Positions 17,104 through 18,235 of a DNA stretch of 18,235 bases are shown here, one piece after another. The DNA is from Candidatus Zixiibacteriota bacterium (GTDB lineage Bacteria; Zixibacteria; MSB-5A5; CAIYYT01). Numbering within the stretch: the first letter of the stretch is position 1; each line of letters opens with the position of its first letter. The notes below the pieces were generated by a model. It was not told where the DNA came from and did not search any database. It was given only the letters and a program-made list of their open reading frames with translations. The position numbers and the translations under genes are program-made. The DNA is taken from contig JBECKX010000115.1 in the NCBI GenBank assembly GCA_040235515.1, positions 1-18,235 of the forward strand, given 5' to 3'.

Positions 17104-18235
17104 GTGAGCAGAGCAGCTATCTCATTGGACACGAAAGTGATCACCGCAATCACGCAGAAGGGGATGCTGTATGAAGTAGGGGGGACCGTACGCGATTCAC
17201 TCATCGATAACAAGCCAGTATCAAAAGACGCCGACTTCCTGGTCACGGGGATTCCGTATCAGGAACTCTCCGACATTCTGCGTGACTTCGGGCGCGTAGA
17301 CCTCGTCGGGAGATCGTTCGGTGTAATCAAGTTTACGCCATACAAGCGCAAGGGAATACCGCTCCGCACATTCGATTTTGTCCTGCCGCGCAAGGAGTTC
17401 TCCACCGGGTCGGGACATCGCGACTTTGAAGTCGCCTTCGATCACAACCTGCCGGTGGAAGATGACCTCTACCGCCGTGACTTCACGATCAACGCGATCG
17501 CGCGCAATGTCGTTTCGGGGGAACTGGTTGATCCACTCGGGGGCAAGGCGGATATCGCTGCCAGGCTGATTCGCTATACTTCGCCTGAGTCTTTTGAAGA
17601 AGATCCCCTGCGTATGCTGCGCGCCATGCAGTTCGCGGCACGTTTCGAGTTTGAGATCGAGGCAGAGACGTTTGAGGCGATCAAGCGCAACGTCAATCTG
17701 ATCAACACGATCTCACCCGAGCGTGTGAATGAAGAACTCACCAAGTTGCTGGAGAAGGCGGAACGGCCGGCGATCGGATTTCGGTTGATGCAACGGGCCG
17801 GACTGCTGAAACTGATCCTGCCAGAACTGGAGAATGCGGTCGGAGTAACACAGCCGGGTCCCTACCACAAATGGGATGTGTTCGAGCATACCCTGCATTG
17901 CATCGATGCCGCTCCGAAGAACCTGTTGATCCGCATGGCGGCGGTGTTTCATGACATAGCCAAGCCGGTTACTCGCAGAGTGACGGGCGAGCGCGCCACC
18001 TTCTACAATCACGCACAGATCGGGGCCAAGCTGACACGGGACGCGTTACAGCGGCTGCGCTACGGTCATGATTTCATCGACAAGGTCGTAACGCTGGTCG
18101 ATCAGCACATGTTCACCACCGAAGTCGCTGACAAGGGTCTGCGTCGTCTGATCCGTCGCACCGGCAAGGAACTGATCTTTGATTTGTTGGAACTGCGCCG
18201 CGCCGATACGATCGCGCAGGGAACCGATCAGAACA
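17104..18235 (+). CDS. cca: CCA tRNA nucleotidyltransferase with HD domain (3'-truncated; absent from the ORF track because there is no stop in the window)
   Basis: Manual translation gives LYEVGGTVRD...KDADF, RKEFSTGSGHRDF, EDDLYRRDFTINAIA, FEEDPLRMLRA, ISPERVNEEL and YHKWDVFEHT...FHDIAKP. GTG 17104 is a tentative start. Confidence 0.93.
   Translation, partial: MSRAAISLDTKVITAITQKGMLYEVGGTVRDSLIDNKPVSKDADFLVTGIPYQELSDILRDFGRVDLVGRSFGVIKFTPYKRKGIPLRTFDFVLPRKEFSTGSGHRDFEVAFDHNLPVEDDLYRRDFTINAIARNVVSGELVDPLGGKADIAARLIRYTSPESFEEDPLRMLRAMQFAARFEFEIEAETFEAIKRNVNLINTISPERVNEELTKLLEKAERPAIGFRLMQRAGLLKLILPELENAVGVTQPGPYHKWDVFEHTLHCIDAAPKNLLIRMAAVFHDIAKPVTRRVTGERATFYNHAQIGAKLTRDALQRLRYGHDFIDKVVTLVDQHMFTTEVADKGLRRLIRRTGKELIFDLLELRRADTIAQGTDQN

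Overview
A GC-rich bacterial chromosomal window with no mobile element, CRISPR array, rRNA or tRNA that I can support. A PorV/PorQ-family barrel suggests an FCB-superphylum organism (inference). The gene order is: 5'-truncated dnaE; two exported CxxC thiol-disulfide oxidoreductases; an exported Cys-rich heavy-metal-associated (HMA) protein ending at a clear terminator; a PorV/PorQ-family outer-membrane protein; a two-parvulin lipoprotein foldase; a dolichol/phytol-kinase-family membrane protein; ltaE; an RNase Z-like MBL hydrolase; a convergent SDR; an aldehyde dehydrogenase; a COG2403 P-loop protein; carbamate kinase; and a 3'-truncated CCA-adding enzyme missing from the ORF track. The main highlight is the COG2403 + carbamate kinase pair, which fits an energy-conserving arginine synthetase (ArcE) pathway rather than the usual 'GTPase/cDPG synthetase' label. 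A second highlight is a densely base-paired ~250-nt orphan element at 12484-12730 that looks like an unannotated structured RNA. The leaders of the ALDH and arcE-like genes are also structured, and the ALDH leader carries a Rex/Crp-like operator. All RNA structures were paired by eye and need computational confirmation.
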